DNA of 64,000 nt. It comes from Candidatus Falkowbacteria bacterium. GTDB taxonomy: Bacteria; Patescibacteriota; Patescibacteriia; Patescibacteriales; UBA12465. The position numbers were made by a program, and so were the translations under genes. Within the stretch, counting starts at the first letter, position 1. Every line of letters starts with the position of its first letter. Location: positions 229,484 to 293,483 of the forward strand of contig JBAXLJ010000001.1 in the NCBI GenBank assembly GCA_037134915.1, written 5' to 3'. The notes beneath the pieces were generated by a model. It was not told the DNA's origin, did no database searches, and saw only the letters and a program-made list of their open reading frames with translations. Shown here in pieces: positions 17,030 through 25,184 of this stretch.

Positions 17030-17758
17030 ATGTTACCCCTAAGTAGGCAAAAAATTATTACAGAAGCTACAAATATTTTAGCTGATATTTTTAAGAAATA
17101 TCATGACCGTGGTATTGAAGCAATATATTTATGGGGGTCAGTTTTGTCTTCTAAGGATTTTAATCAAATATCTAGCGACATCGATTCCATTGCCATTGTA
17201 AAGGATAGTCTCGATTTTGCGGTAGAAAAAGAGTTAAATGACTATATTAAAATACAAAATAAAGGAATTGATCTGAAAATAAGATTTCTTTATATTAGTG
17301 AATTAAATGGCGGTCCGTCAAAAGGATTCACCACAAAGTATATTAATTATAAAATATTGTTATTTGATTTAAAATTTTGGCACCATGTTGTTGGTCAAAA
17401 GTATAGTGAAAAAGATTTCTCTTTAAAAAAAATAACAAATAATGAAGTTGCTATATTAAAACTTAAGGAAATTAGTAAATTGCACTTGCCGGCAAGGACT
17501 TATCCGTATACTGATTATAAATATTTTCTTAAAGCTTTGGCTAGATTTTGTTATTTCATCCAGGGGGCTAGTTGTACTTTCTCATATAACGATACTCTAA
17601 ATAGTGCCGATAAGGAATGTCAGTTTATTATGAAAAAAATAATAAAAATAAAAGAAAATGATTGGGATTTAAAAATGTTCACAAAAGAATTGCCTATATT
17701 TATAAACTTCTTAAACAAGAAAGAATTTGAACTCACATGTCGTAACGATGTTTTATGA
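17030..17758 (+). CDS. Minimal nucleotidyltransferase-fold protein (ANT/MNT-like) (cassette gene)
   Basis: hG[GS]x9-13DhD signature: LWGSVLSSKDFNQISSDIDSIAIV. Size of 242 aa is similar to aminoglycoside adenylyltransferases; substrate unknown. Confidence 0.55.
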   Translation: MLPLSRQKIITEATNILADIFKKYHDRGIEAIYLWGSVLSSKDFNQISSDIDSIAIVKDSLDFAVEKELNDYIKIQNKGIDLKIRFLYISELNGGPSKGFTTKYINYKILLFDLKFWHHVVGQKYSEKDFSLKKITNNEVAILKLKEISKLHLPARTYPYTDYKYFLKALARFCYFIQGASCTFSYNDTLNSADKECQFIMKKIIKIKENDWDLKMFTKELPIFINFLNKKEFELTCRNDVL

Positions 17759-17881
17759 AACACGTTATTTGTAACCATTAATTATATTTACCGCTTGTTT
17801 CATATTAAGATGATAAAATATCTGATGTTTCGTTTTTAAGATAAACGTGTCTCAACGCCATTTAGATAATTAAAATTTTTA

Positions 17882-17944
17882 TTTCAAATACATCCCGCCC
17901 TCCCCGAATTAAGACAAAAATAAGGTTAAGCCTTATTTTTTTTA
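17882..17944 (+). repeat. tRNA-Ser 3'-end-like cassette-boundary repeat R9 (last, degenerate)
   Basis: TTTCAAATACATCCCGCCCTCCCCG followed by hairpin ATAAGG..CCTTAT + T8. Confidence 0.65.
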
Positions 17945-18016
17945 TCAAATTGATAAAAAACAGAAGTTATTATATTATGATAAGCCACTCTTATTAATAA
18001 AATTATACTTAATTAT

Positions 18017-18559
18017 ATGATTATAGTTCCCATTGAAATATCTTCTAGACATGTTCACTTAAGCCAAGAAGATTTAGATGTCTTGTTTGATTTAGATTAT
18101 AAGTTAGCGCCGCTAAAAAATATTTCACAAACTGGCCAATATGCGGCGCAAGAAACAGTGACGCTTAAAAACGGTAATAGTGAAATAAAGAATGTGAGAA
18201 TTATCGGCCCCGTTCGCCAGTCTACAGTTGTGGAATTAGCGGCTTCTGATTCTAGAAAATTGGGCCTTAAATTAGCGGTTAATAATTCAGTCACGATTAT
18301 TGGCCCTAATAATTCTCTTACTAGAGACTGTGCTGTTATCCCGCAAAGGCATATCCACGCTTCTAACGAGGATGCTAAAAAATATAAACTCCATGACAAG
18401 CAAATTGTTTCAGTTGAATGTGGACAAAAAAGAAAGGTTATTTTTGCCAACGTTATTGTTCGTGTCGACCAAGACTTTGTTTGGAACTTTCACGTCGACA
18501 TCGACGAGGCTAATGCCGCTGGTTTAGCAGAGAACGAGTTTGGCACAGTCATCGTTTAA
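18017..18559 (+). CDS. pduL: PduL-type phosphate acyltransferase (phosphotransacylase)
   Basis: Duplicated SxRHVHLS / RHIHAS motifs and C-terminal HVDIDEANAAG, as in PduL. Confidence 0.85.
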   Translation: MIIVPIEISSRHVHLSQEDLDVLFDLDYKLAPLKNISQTGQYAAQETVTLKNGNSEIKNVRIIGPVRQSTVVELAASDSRKLGLKLAVNNSVTIIGPNNSLTRDCAVIPQRHIHASNEDAKKYKLHDKQIVSVECGQKRKVIFANVIVRVDQDFVWNFHVDIDEANAAGLAENEFGTVIV

Positions 18560-18602
18560 TCTAAGTATCTCGCTTCAAAATGATATGTTATAATTTAAGT
18601 AT

Positions 18603-19184
18603 ATGAAAAAAATCTCTATTTATATCGCCGGTAGCGTTAAAAAAGATGCTGGTGACGGTAATGCTATTTTTGCCTCTGACGATATTAAAAGCGAACTCAC
18701 TAAAGATATCGACAACTTTGAGGTGGTAATTTTTGATCCCAATGAGAGTAAGATTTTTGGTAACGGAAAAAGCAATCGATTCGGTCAGGATTGTTTGCAA
18801 GTAACTTCCAGTAACTTTTTGGTTATTGATTTGAGGGAAAAAAGAGGTTTAGGTGTCGGCGCGGAAATGATGCTCGCTAAAGAAAAGGGAATTCCGGTAA
18901 TTTCAGTCTGTCCAACCGGTAGTCATTATAAAAGAAGCATGGTTTTTCACAGTGGTGTTGAAAATCCGAATTGGGTCCACCCTTTTGTGGAGTCACTAAG
19001 TGACGCTGTGGTAGAAGATTTTGGTCAGGCGGGGCAGTGGATCAAAGCATTTATTCAAAACCCTATTAAAATAAAATCCAGCTCCATTGTTGAGGAGTCA
19101 GTTAAAGATTATTTGGATAACTTTCTAGATAATGATTTGGATTTTAAGAAAAAATATTTAGATTCACTAGTGGATAAAATATAA
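18603..19184 (+). CDS. Hypothetical; nucleoside 2-deoxyribosyltransferase-like Rossmann pattern
   Basis: KISIYIAGS near the N-terminus and D..RGLGVGAEMMLAKEKGIPVI resemble the NDT-like superfamily; weak. Confidence 0.35.
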   Translation: MKKISIYIAGSVKKDAGDGNAIFASDDIKSELTKDIDNFEVVIFDPNESKIFGNGKSNRFGQDCLQVTSSNFLVIDLREKRGLGVGAEMMLAKEKGIPVISVCPTGSHYKRSMVFHSGVENPNWVHPFVESLSDAVVEDFGQAGQWIKAFIQNPIKIKSSSIVEESVKDYLDNFLDNDLDFKKKYLDSLVDKI

Positions 19185-19188
19185 AAAT

Positions 19189-19548
19189 ATGACAAAGCAA
19201 TTTTACAAAGATGCTTTTGGTTGGGGTTTTATTCTTTGGTTAATTGGTTATCTGCTTGGTATATTATTGTTTTTTGTGGCGCCACCTTCGGCGATTGGGT
19301 GGATTATTATGCCAATTGGTTTGGTTATTACTCTTTGGGTGCTGCTTAAAAAAATAAAACCGGAATCATTTAAAAATTATATTGCACTGGCGTTTATTTG
19401 GGCGCTAACGGCTATTATTTGTGATTATTTATTCTTGGTTTTAGTATTTAAACCCAGTGGTGGTTATTATAAGCTGGATGTCTATATCTATTATTTTTTA
19501 ACTTTTATCTTGCCGTTTATTATTGGTTTTAAAAAGAAAAATATATGA
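19189..19548 (+). CDS. Integral membrane protein, hypothetical
   Basis: Four hydrophobic helices in 119 aa. Confidence 0.5.
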   Translation: MTKQFYKDAFGWGFILWLIGYLLGILLFFVAPPSAIGWIIMPIGLVITLWVLLKKIKPESFKNYIALAFIWALTAIICDYLFLVLVFKPSGGYYKLDVYIYYFLTFILPFIIGFKKKNI

Positions 19549-20081
19549 TAATCAAAAATATAGTCCAAATTGGCAATCCTATTTTAAGTCGTAAGTCGGA
19601 GCTAGTTAAGGATATAAAATCTAAAGAAACTAAAAAAGTAATCAAAAATTTAACTGACTCGGTTCGCTATCACGGACTAATCGGCATGGCCGCTTCACAG
19701 ATTGGTGAAAAATTAAGAATCTTTGTGACCGAGGTTAGAAGTACTAAATATCGAGAGCTTAAGACCGATAAGCTAAGAGTTTATATTAATCCCAAAATTA
19801 TTTGGTCGTCAAAAAGAAAAGTAATAATCTACGAAGGTTGTGGTAGCGTGGCTTATGCCAAATTATTCGCTCCGGTTAGCCGACCGGAAAAAATAATGAT
19901 TGAGGCTTTAGACGAAAATGGTCAGACATTTACACTTAAAGCTGATGGCATGCTAAGCCGCGTCATTTTGCATGAATATGATCATTTAGATGGCATTGAA
20001 TTTACGGAAAAAATCACTGATATGCGCAAGATTATGAGTTCAGAGGAGTATCAAAAGTGGAATTTGTCTAAAAAGAGCTAA
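19545..20081 (+). CDS. def: Peptide deformylase
   Basis: GMAASQIG, EGCGS and HEYDHLDG motifs. Confidence 0.92.
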   Translation: MIIKNIVQIGNPILSRKSELVKDIKSKETKKVIKNLTDSVRYHGLIGMAASQIGEKLRIFVTEVRSTKYRELKTDKLRVYINPKIIWSSKRKVIIYEGCGSVAYAKLFAPVSRPEKIMIEALDENGQTFTLKADGMLSRVILHEYDHLDGIEFTEKITDMRKIMSSEEYQKWNLSKKS

Positions 20082-20159
20082 TTATTGACTAAAATATTTA
20101 TATATATTAGGCTTTAGATACAGTTAACTTAAGTTCCTAAACAACAAAAAAATAAAACC

Positions 20160-20660
20160 ATGAAAAAGATCGTCGCTTTATCGTTGCTTCTGTTTGGGTT
20201 TTTTATGTTTGGGTTTGCTCAGTCAGAATCTATTAAAACCCATTTCTCCAGTAAGAGTTTTTATCAGAAAAATCACACTGCCTACTACGATATGTGGGCT
20301 TGGGGCTCTGGTCTTAAAAAAGACGGCACAAAATTTATGTGGATTGCTTCTACTAATACTAATGCCACCTTTCAGATTACCTGCACGGAGCTTTTAACGA
20401 AAAACGAAATAGCCGCTATTTCTAACCAGAAAGATTTTTTAAAAAGGAATTATGAGGCTCGTAATGTGACTCGGGATAAAAAAAGCTACATTACAGCTAG
20501 TAATGATTGGTCATTTATTCAGAATAAAGAAACAGCCAATTTTATAGGTCAGCCTTATAATGAATTTAAGCCCAATAAAAAAGGAATTGTCGGGTATTAC
20601 ATTAAGATAATTTTAAACACCGGCGCTTTTAAAAGTATTGAAGTTCAGGGGTATTTATAA
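20160..20660 (+). CDS. Secreted hypothetical protein
   Basis: Signal peptide MKKIVALSLLLFGFFMFGFA|Q. Confidence 0.5.
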   Translation: MKKIVALSLLLFGFFMFGFAQSESIKTHFSSKSFYQKNHTAYYDMWAWGSGLKKDGTKFMWIASTNTNATFQITCTELLTKNEIAAISNQKDFLKRNYEARNVTRDKKSYITASNDWSFIQNKETANFIGQPYNEFKPNKKGIVGYYIKIILNTGAFKSIEVQGYL

Positions 20661-20670
20661 AAAATTTGGG

Positions 20671-20703
20671 GCCCGTTACTGTAATAGTAACGGGTCTTTT
20701 TTT
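20671..20703 (+). terminator. Intrinsic terminator
   Basis: CCCGTTACT-GTAAT-AGTAACGGG followed by a T-run. Confidence 0.8.
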
Positions 20704-20782
20704 GTACCCACTTGACTTACAAATAGATACAAGATAATATCTAGATACCCCTAGGGGGTATATTAAAGTAATAGCACTATTT

Positions 20783-22063
20783 ATGAACATAAGCTATTTA
20801 AAATCGACTGATGAATTTGAGGAATTAAAGAAAACTAATTCTTTTTTGGTTTTGGATTTTTATTCTCAGGATTGTCCGCCTTGTGAAAGATTAGCGCCGC
20901 TCTATGAAAAAATGGCCCAGTCTTTTCCTGAGGTTAAATTTGTAAAAATATTTCGCCAAGAACATCGGGTTTTAGCCGAGTCACTGGGCGTTAGCGGCTC
21001 GCCGACCCTTTTATTTTTTAAAGATAATCTTTTATTAGAAGCTCGTCTTTCTGGCTATATTGAAGAAGCAGAGTTTACCGCGGTTCTAGAAAAGATGACG
21101 GGGACAAAAGGATTTGGCAGCAATCAGGCGGAGTTTACGACCGATTTTTATGATTTGTGTATTATTGGTAACGGTCCGGCCGGACTCACAGCCGCTGTTT
21201 ATGGCACTCGCTATAAAATAAATCAAATACTAGTTGGTGATTTACCGGGCGGGCTCATGACTTCATCACATAAGATTTGTAATTTTCCTTCCGAGCTAGA
21301 AATCTCTGGATCGGATTTGACCAAGAAAATGTTTGATCAAGTAACGGCCCTTGAAGTGCCGCAAAAATTTGCCCGAGTTGATTCGATTAAGAAAACTGGC
21401 GACTTATATAATTTAATTTTATCTGATGGTGAAATTATTAAAGCCAAAACTATTTTACTCGCCACCGGCACTAAGCATCGCCATTTGAATTTAGAAAACG
21501 AAAAAGCTTTAACCGGTCGCGGCGTTTCTTATTGCGCCACGTGCGATGCGATGTTTTTTGCTGATAAAGTTGTGGCGGTTATCGGGGGTAGTGATAGCGC
21601 TAATACAGCCGCTTTGCATTTAGCACAGATCGCTAAACATGTTTATCAAATTTATCGCGGCGATAAATTACGCGGTGAAGTGGTCTGGATCGATCAGATT
21701 AAAGATAATTCTAAAATTGAAGTTATTTATGGTGCGCAAGTTACAGAAATAATTGGCGACAAGAAAGTTACTGGTTTGAAGTTAAGTCAGCAGGGTGGCG
21801 GTGAAAAAGAAATCGAAGTCGATGGTGTTTTTGTGGAAATCGGTTCTGAGCCAGAGACCACTTTAATTGAGGAGTTATCTCTGGAAACGGCCGCCGGCAA
21901 TTTTATAATTACTAAAGCGGATCAGTCTACTAGCCAAGCCGGTGTCTGGGCCGCTGGCGATATCACCACTAACTCTAATTATTTTCAGCAAATAATTACG
22001 GCTTGCTCCGAAGGGGCGATTGCCATTGACGGCATCTTTAAATATTTGCAGGCTAAAAAATAA
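20783..22063 (+). CDS. Thioredoxin - thioredoxin-reductase fusion protein (N-terminal Trx fold, C-terminal low-Mr TrxR)
   Basis: DCPPC (Trx active site); IIGNGPAG (FAD); CATCD (redox disulfide); GGSDSA. The canonical HRRDxxRA is replaced by IYRGDKLRG. Confidence 0.88.
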   Translation: MNISYLKSTDEFEELKKTNSFLVLDFYSQDCPPCERLAPLYEKMAQSFPEVKFVKIFRQEHRVLAESLGVSGSPTLLFFKDNLLLEARLSGYIEEAEFTAVLEKMTGTKGFGSNQAEFTTDFYDLCIIGNGPAGLTAAVYGTRYKINQILVGDLPGGLMTSSHKICNFPSELEISGSDLTKKMFDQVTALEVPQKFARVDSIKKTGDLYNLILSDGEIIKAKTILLATGTKHRHLNLENEKALTGRGVSYCATCDAMFFADKVVAVIGGSDSANTAALHLAQIAKHVYQIYRGDKLRGEVVWIDQIKDNSKIEVIYGAQVTEIIGDKKVTGLKLSQQGGGEKEIEVDGVFVEIGSEPETTLIEELSLETAAGNFIITKADQSTSQAGVWAAGDITTNSNYFQQIITACSEGAIAIDGIFKYLQAKK

Positions 22064-22130
22064 TTTTTGGCTAGTAGCTATTAATTAATTTGAAGCTGTC
22101 AGTTAGGAGTGATTCTGGGGCTTTAATATA

Positions 22131-22159
22131 TTGACATTTATAAAAATATGTGATATATT
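22131..22159 (+). promoter_or_regulatory. Sigma-70-type promoter of the NAD cluster
   Basis: TTGACA (22131-22136), 17 nt spacer, TATATT (22154-22159). Confidence 0.6.
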
Positions 22160-22161
22160 TT

Positions 22162-22198
22162 ATAGTTAGTCTCATTTTTGGGATTAACTATTTTTTTA
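22162..22198 (+). promoter_or_regulatory. Inverted repeat / hairpin + T7 immediately after the promoter (operator or attenuator candidate)
   Basis: ATAGTTAGTCTC-ATTTTT-GGGATTAACTAT followed by TTTTTTT. Confidence 0.4.
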
Positions 22199-22251
22199 AG
22201 CTTTAACTAGCTAAAATATTAATGTTCTTTGTAAATTTAATAAATTTTATC

Positions 22252-22932
22252 ATGAAAAAGGAAAAAGCTAAGAAAACTGTTGTTTTGGGTGGCCGGACTG
22301 TTTATTGTTATGAAACGGCCTCGCTTGATGTCGATCCGCAATGTGGTTTTTCAGAACTGTGTCCGCAAGAATTACCGGTTCCCGGAGCCTTGGAAATTGT
22401 TCCAGAGCTTAACCGTCAATCGGAGATTGCTGGCATAAGGATTGCCTCTAAAGATGCTCATCCTTATGACGCTCCTTGGGTGGCCACGGAAAAGAAACCG
22501 CAGTTAACCAAAATTTCGGGGTTTAAGGATTTGGATCTTCACTGGAATCGCCATTGTGTTCCCGGAACTAATGGGTTTGAATTTTTGCCCGGACTAGACT
22601 CAGAGGCTTACGCCTTTGTAGCTTACAAGGGAATCGAACCTAACAAGCACCCCTATGGCGCCTGCTATCATGATTTGGCCAATACCGAATCAACTGGGCT
22701 AATTGAATTTTTGATTATGAATCATATCAAAAATGTCATTGTCGGTGGTTTAGCAACCAGTTTCTGTGTTAAAAACACCGTGGTTCAATTATGCACTTCC
22801 GGATATTTTCAGGTCTTTGTAAACCTGGCCGCTTGCCGGGATATTACCGGTGTTAATACTGATGAGGCTATAACTGAAATGGAATCAGCCGGTGCGATTA
22901 TTGTTCAAAACTTAAAAGGAGGTAAAAAATGA
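22252..22932 (+). CDS. pncA: Isochorismatase-family nicotinamidase
   Basis: D (LDVDPQCGF), K (ASKDAHP) and C (ATSFCVKNT) triad pattern. Overlaps pncB by 4 nt. Confidence 0.72.
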   Translation: MKKEKAKKTVVLGGRTVYCYETASLDVDPQCGFSELCPQELPVPGALEIVPELNRQSEIAGIRIASKDAHPYDAPWVATEKKPQLTKISGFKDLDLHWNRHCVPGTNGFEFLPGLDSEAYAFVAYKGIEPNKHPYGACYHDLANTESTGLIEFLIMNHIKNVIVGGLATSFCVKNTVVQLCTSGYFQVFVNLAACRDITGVNTDEAITEMESAGAIIVQNLKGGKK

Positions 22933-24176
22933 TGAAAATTCAGGATGAACCAATTATCCAGTCACTGCTGGATATTGATTTCTACAAATTCACGATGGGA
23001 CAGCTGATTTTTAAGAAGCATAAAGATGTTCCGGTGCGTTTTAAATTAACTAACCGCACCAGCTCTGTGTCTTTGTCAAAAATGATTCCCCTTGAGCAAC
23101 TTAAAGAGCAACTGGATCACGTTCGGACGCTGCGCTTTAACAATAGTGAACTTCATTATTTACGCGGCACCAATGAATACCAGGAGCGAATGTTTCAGGA
23201 AGATTATTTACAGTTCTTAAAAAACATGCAAGTTCCACAGTATCAGTTGGAGTATGAGGGCGACGATTTAATTTTGGAAATCCTCGGTTCATGGTCAGAA
23301 GCGACTTATTGGGAGACAATCTGCCTGTCAATTATCAACGAACTCTACTATCGCAATTTGATGCTACAAAAAAGCCGATTGGCGCAGGATGCAATTTTTG
23401 CTACCGGTGTCAAAAATCTTTTGGATAAAGTCAGGCTACTTCGCAAATGTCCGGGGCTAACTTTTACTGATTTTGGAACGCGGCGGCGCTTTAGTCGGTC
23501 GTGGCAAAAGTATGTTGTCGAAATCATGATGGATGAACTACCGCATCAGCTTAAGGGAACCTCAAACACCAAATTGGCGATGGATCTGGGACTCATGCCT
23601 ACTGGTACCGCGGCCCACGAAATGGATATGGGCTATAGCGGAATCTATCATAGTAGCGATGAAGAAATTTATGGCTCTCATAAAAGATTTTTGCATGATT
23701 GGCGCGAGATGTATGGTTGGGGCTTATCAATTGATTTAACTGATACTTATGGCAGCGACTTCTTTTTTAAAGAATTTACTCATGAGGAAGCGGTCTTTGA
23801 TAAAGGTTTGCGCCAAGATTCTGGTGATCCCATGGAATTCGGTTTAAAGGCCTTAGAATTTTACATCAAAGAAGGTATCAATCCGAAAGAAAAAATGCTG
23901 ATTTTCAGTGATGGTTTGTGGGCTCAGAAGATGATTGATATTTACCGCTACTTTCACAAAGATATCATGACGACCTTTGGCTGGGGCACGGACTTAACTA
24001 ACGATTTGTGTTTAAAACCCTTGTATTTAGTAATTAAGCTCGTCGAGGCCAACGGCTATGGTACCGTTAAATTATCGGACAATCTGAGTAAAGCTATTGG
24101 CCGGTCAGAAGATGTCGAAAGATTCAAAAAGATTTTTGGTTATAAAAATAATTTTTCTGAAACCTGTAAATACTAA
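22929..24176 (+). CDS. pncB: Nicotinate phosphoribosyltransferase
   Basis: LLDIDFYKFTMGQ N-terminus and PTGTAAHEM motif. Confidence 0.88.
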   Translation: MMKIQDEPIIQSLLDIDFYKFTMGQLIFKKHKDVPVRFKLTNRTSSVSLSKMIPLEQLKEQLDHVRTLRFNNSELHYLRGTNEYQERMFQEDYLQFLKNMQVPQYQLEYEGDDLILEILGSWSEATYWETICLSIINELYYRNLMLQKSRLAQDAIFATGVKNLLDKVRLLRKCPGLTFTDFGTRRRFSRSWQKYVVEIMMDELPHQLKGTSNTKLAMDLGLMPTGTAAHEMDMGYSGIYHSSDEEIYGSHKRFLHDWREMYGWGLSIDLTDTYGSDFFFKEFTHEEAVFDKGLRQDSGDPMEFGLKALEFYIKEGINPKEKMLIFSDGLWAQKMIDIYRYFHKDIMTTFGWGTDLTNDLCLKPLYLVIKLVEANGYGTVKLSDNLSKAIGRSEDVERFKKIFGYKNNFSETCKY

Positions 24177-24181
24177 AGAAG

Positions 24182-25051
24182 ATGATTACGAAACAACTAT
24201 TTTTATTCGGACGCGATGGCGAAATCAAACATCTAATTGAGCCACCTTTTAGGAGGCCCGTAATTGAACTGGATGCAGATTTGTTTGAAGAAGAGGCTCT
24301 GGTTATTAATCCAGATTTGTCCCCCTTTGAACAGTTAAAAAATTATCTGCAGCCGATTTATCAGGCTTGGGGACGTTTCGGCTATTTGGGGGATATTATT
24401 GCCTTTAAAGTAATTTGTTTAGGAGGCGTTGATTACTGCTCCTTAAGTTATATCGGCCGCTTATCTGTTATTAAAGCTAATTTAGCGGTTGATTTGATGA
24501 TGATTGTTCGAGTTAAAACGGGCAATTACTTTATTGGCATTAAACGCAAAAATAATCCTGGCCAAGGAAAACTGGCTTTTCCTGGAGGATTTATTGATGT
24601 TAACGGTTATCATCTGGATACGCCGCTACAAACTATTATTCACGAAGCAGAAGAGGAAATTGGTTTAACAATTAAAGTGGTTAATCAAGCCAATCTGGAT
24701 AAATATGAACCCGCTAAAACGCTGGTGAAAATTGATTTTGATGGCGAGGCGTTAGACGGAGAATTAATTCCCTTGGGCATTATTCCTACTGGTGAAGATG
24801 AGTGTCTACCAACCACTGGCTTAAAAAGAGTTTACCATTCGACTGCTTTTGCTCTTTTGCTGGATGCTTCCAGTACAGACTTGGATGAAGCCGGCATTAA
24901 TAATTGGCTGATAGCGGGCGACGATGCTTCAGATTTGGTAGTGATTTGTCTCAATGATAAACCAAAACTGGAATTTGGCATCAGTCATCATCAAAAAATG
25001 TATGATGACCTGATAAAAACTCTCACTGAGTCCGAGCACCATTTTCTGTAG
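24182..25051 (+). CDS. Divergent Nudix-domain protein with an unassigned ~100-aa N-terminal domain
   Basis: GKLAFPGGFIDVNG...TIIHEAEEEIGL, a Nudix-box-like region with an insertion and H in place of R. Confidence 0.6.
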   Translation: MITKQLFLFGRDGEIKHLIEPPFRRPVIELDADLFEEEALVINPDLSPFEQLKNYLQPIYQAWGRFGYLGDIIAFKVICLGGVDYCSLSYIGRLSVIKANLAVDLMMIVRVKTGNYFIGIKRKNNPGQGKLAFPGGFIDVNGYHLDTPLQTIIHEAEEEIGLTIKVVNQANLDKYEPAKTLVKIDFDGEALDGELIPLGIIPTGEDECLPTTGLKRVYHSTAFALLLDASSTDLDEAGINNWLIAGDDASDLVVICLNDKPKLEFGISHHQKMYDDLIKTLTESEHHFL

Positions 25052-25184
25052 ATAAAATTTATTAAAAACCTGGGCAATGACTGATACAAATTAGTCATTG
25101 CCCCTTTTCTAGAAATCCTTATTTTTATTGATAAGGATTTCTAAAGAAGGTTTTGTAGCTTAACAACTTAAAAATAAATAGGAA

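Noticed and set aside
706-17944. R repeats as tRNA genes or pseudo-tRNAs
   Set aside because: Only the T-loop-to-3'-end part is present. There is no acceptor 5' strand, D-arm or anticodon arm upstream, and the T-stem does not pair.
13624-17950. CRISPR array or canonical integron attC array as the explanation for the regularly spaced repeats
   Set aside because: The repeats are 65-70 nt, degenerate, and spaced 0.4-0.9 kb apart with complete ORFs between them, so this is not CRISPR. They also lack the long imperfect inverted-repeat (R''-L''/L'-R') structure of attC; the C-rich half has no G-rich partner. No intI-like gene is present in the window. Only a loose GTTC.AAC ... GTT resemblance to attC core sites was seen.
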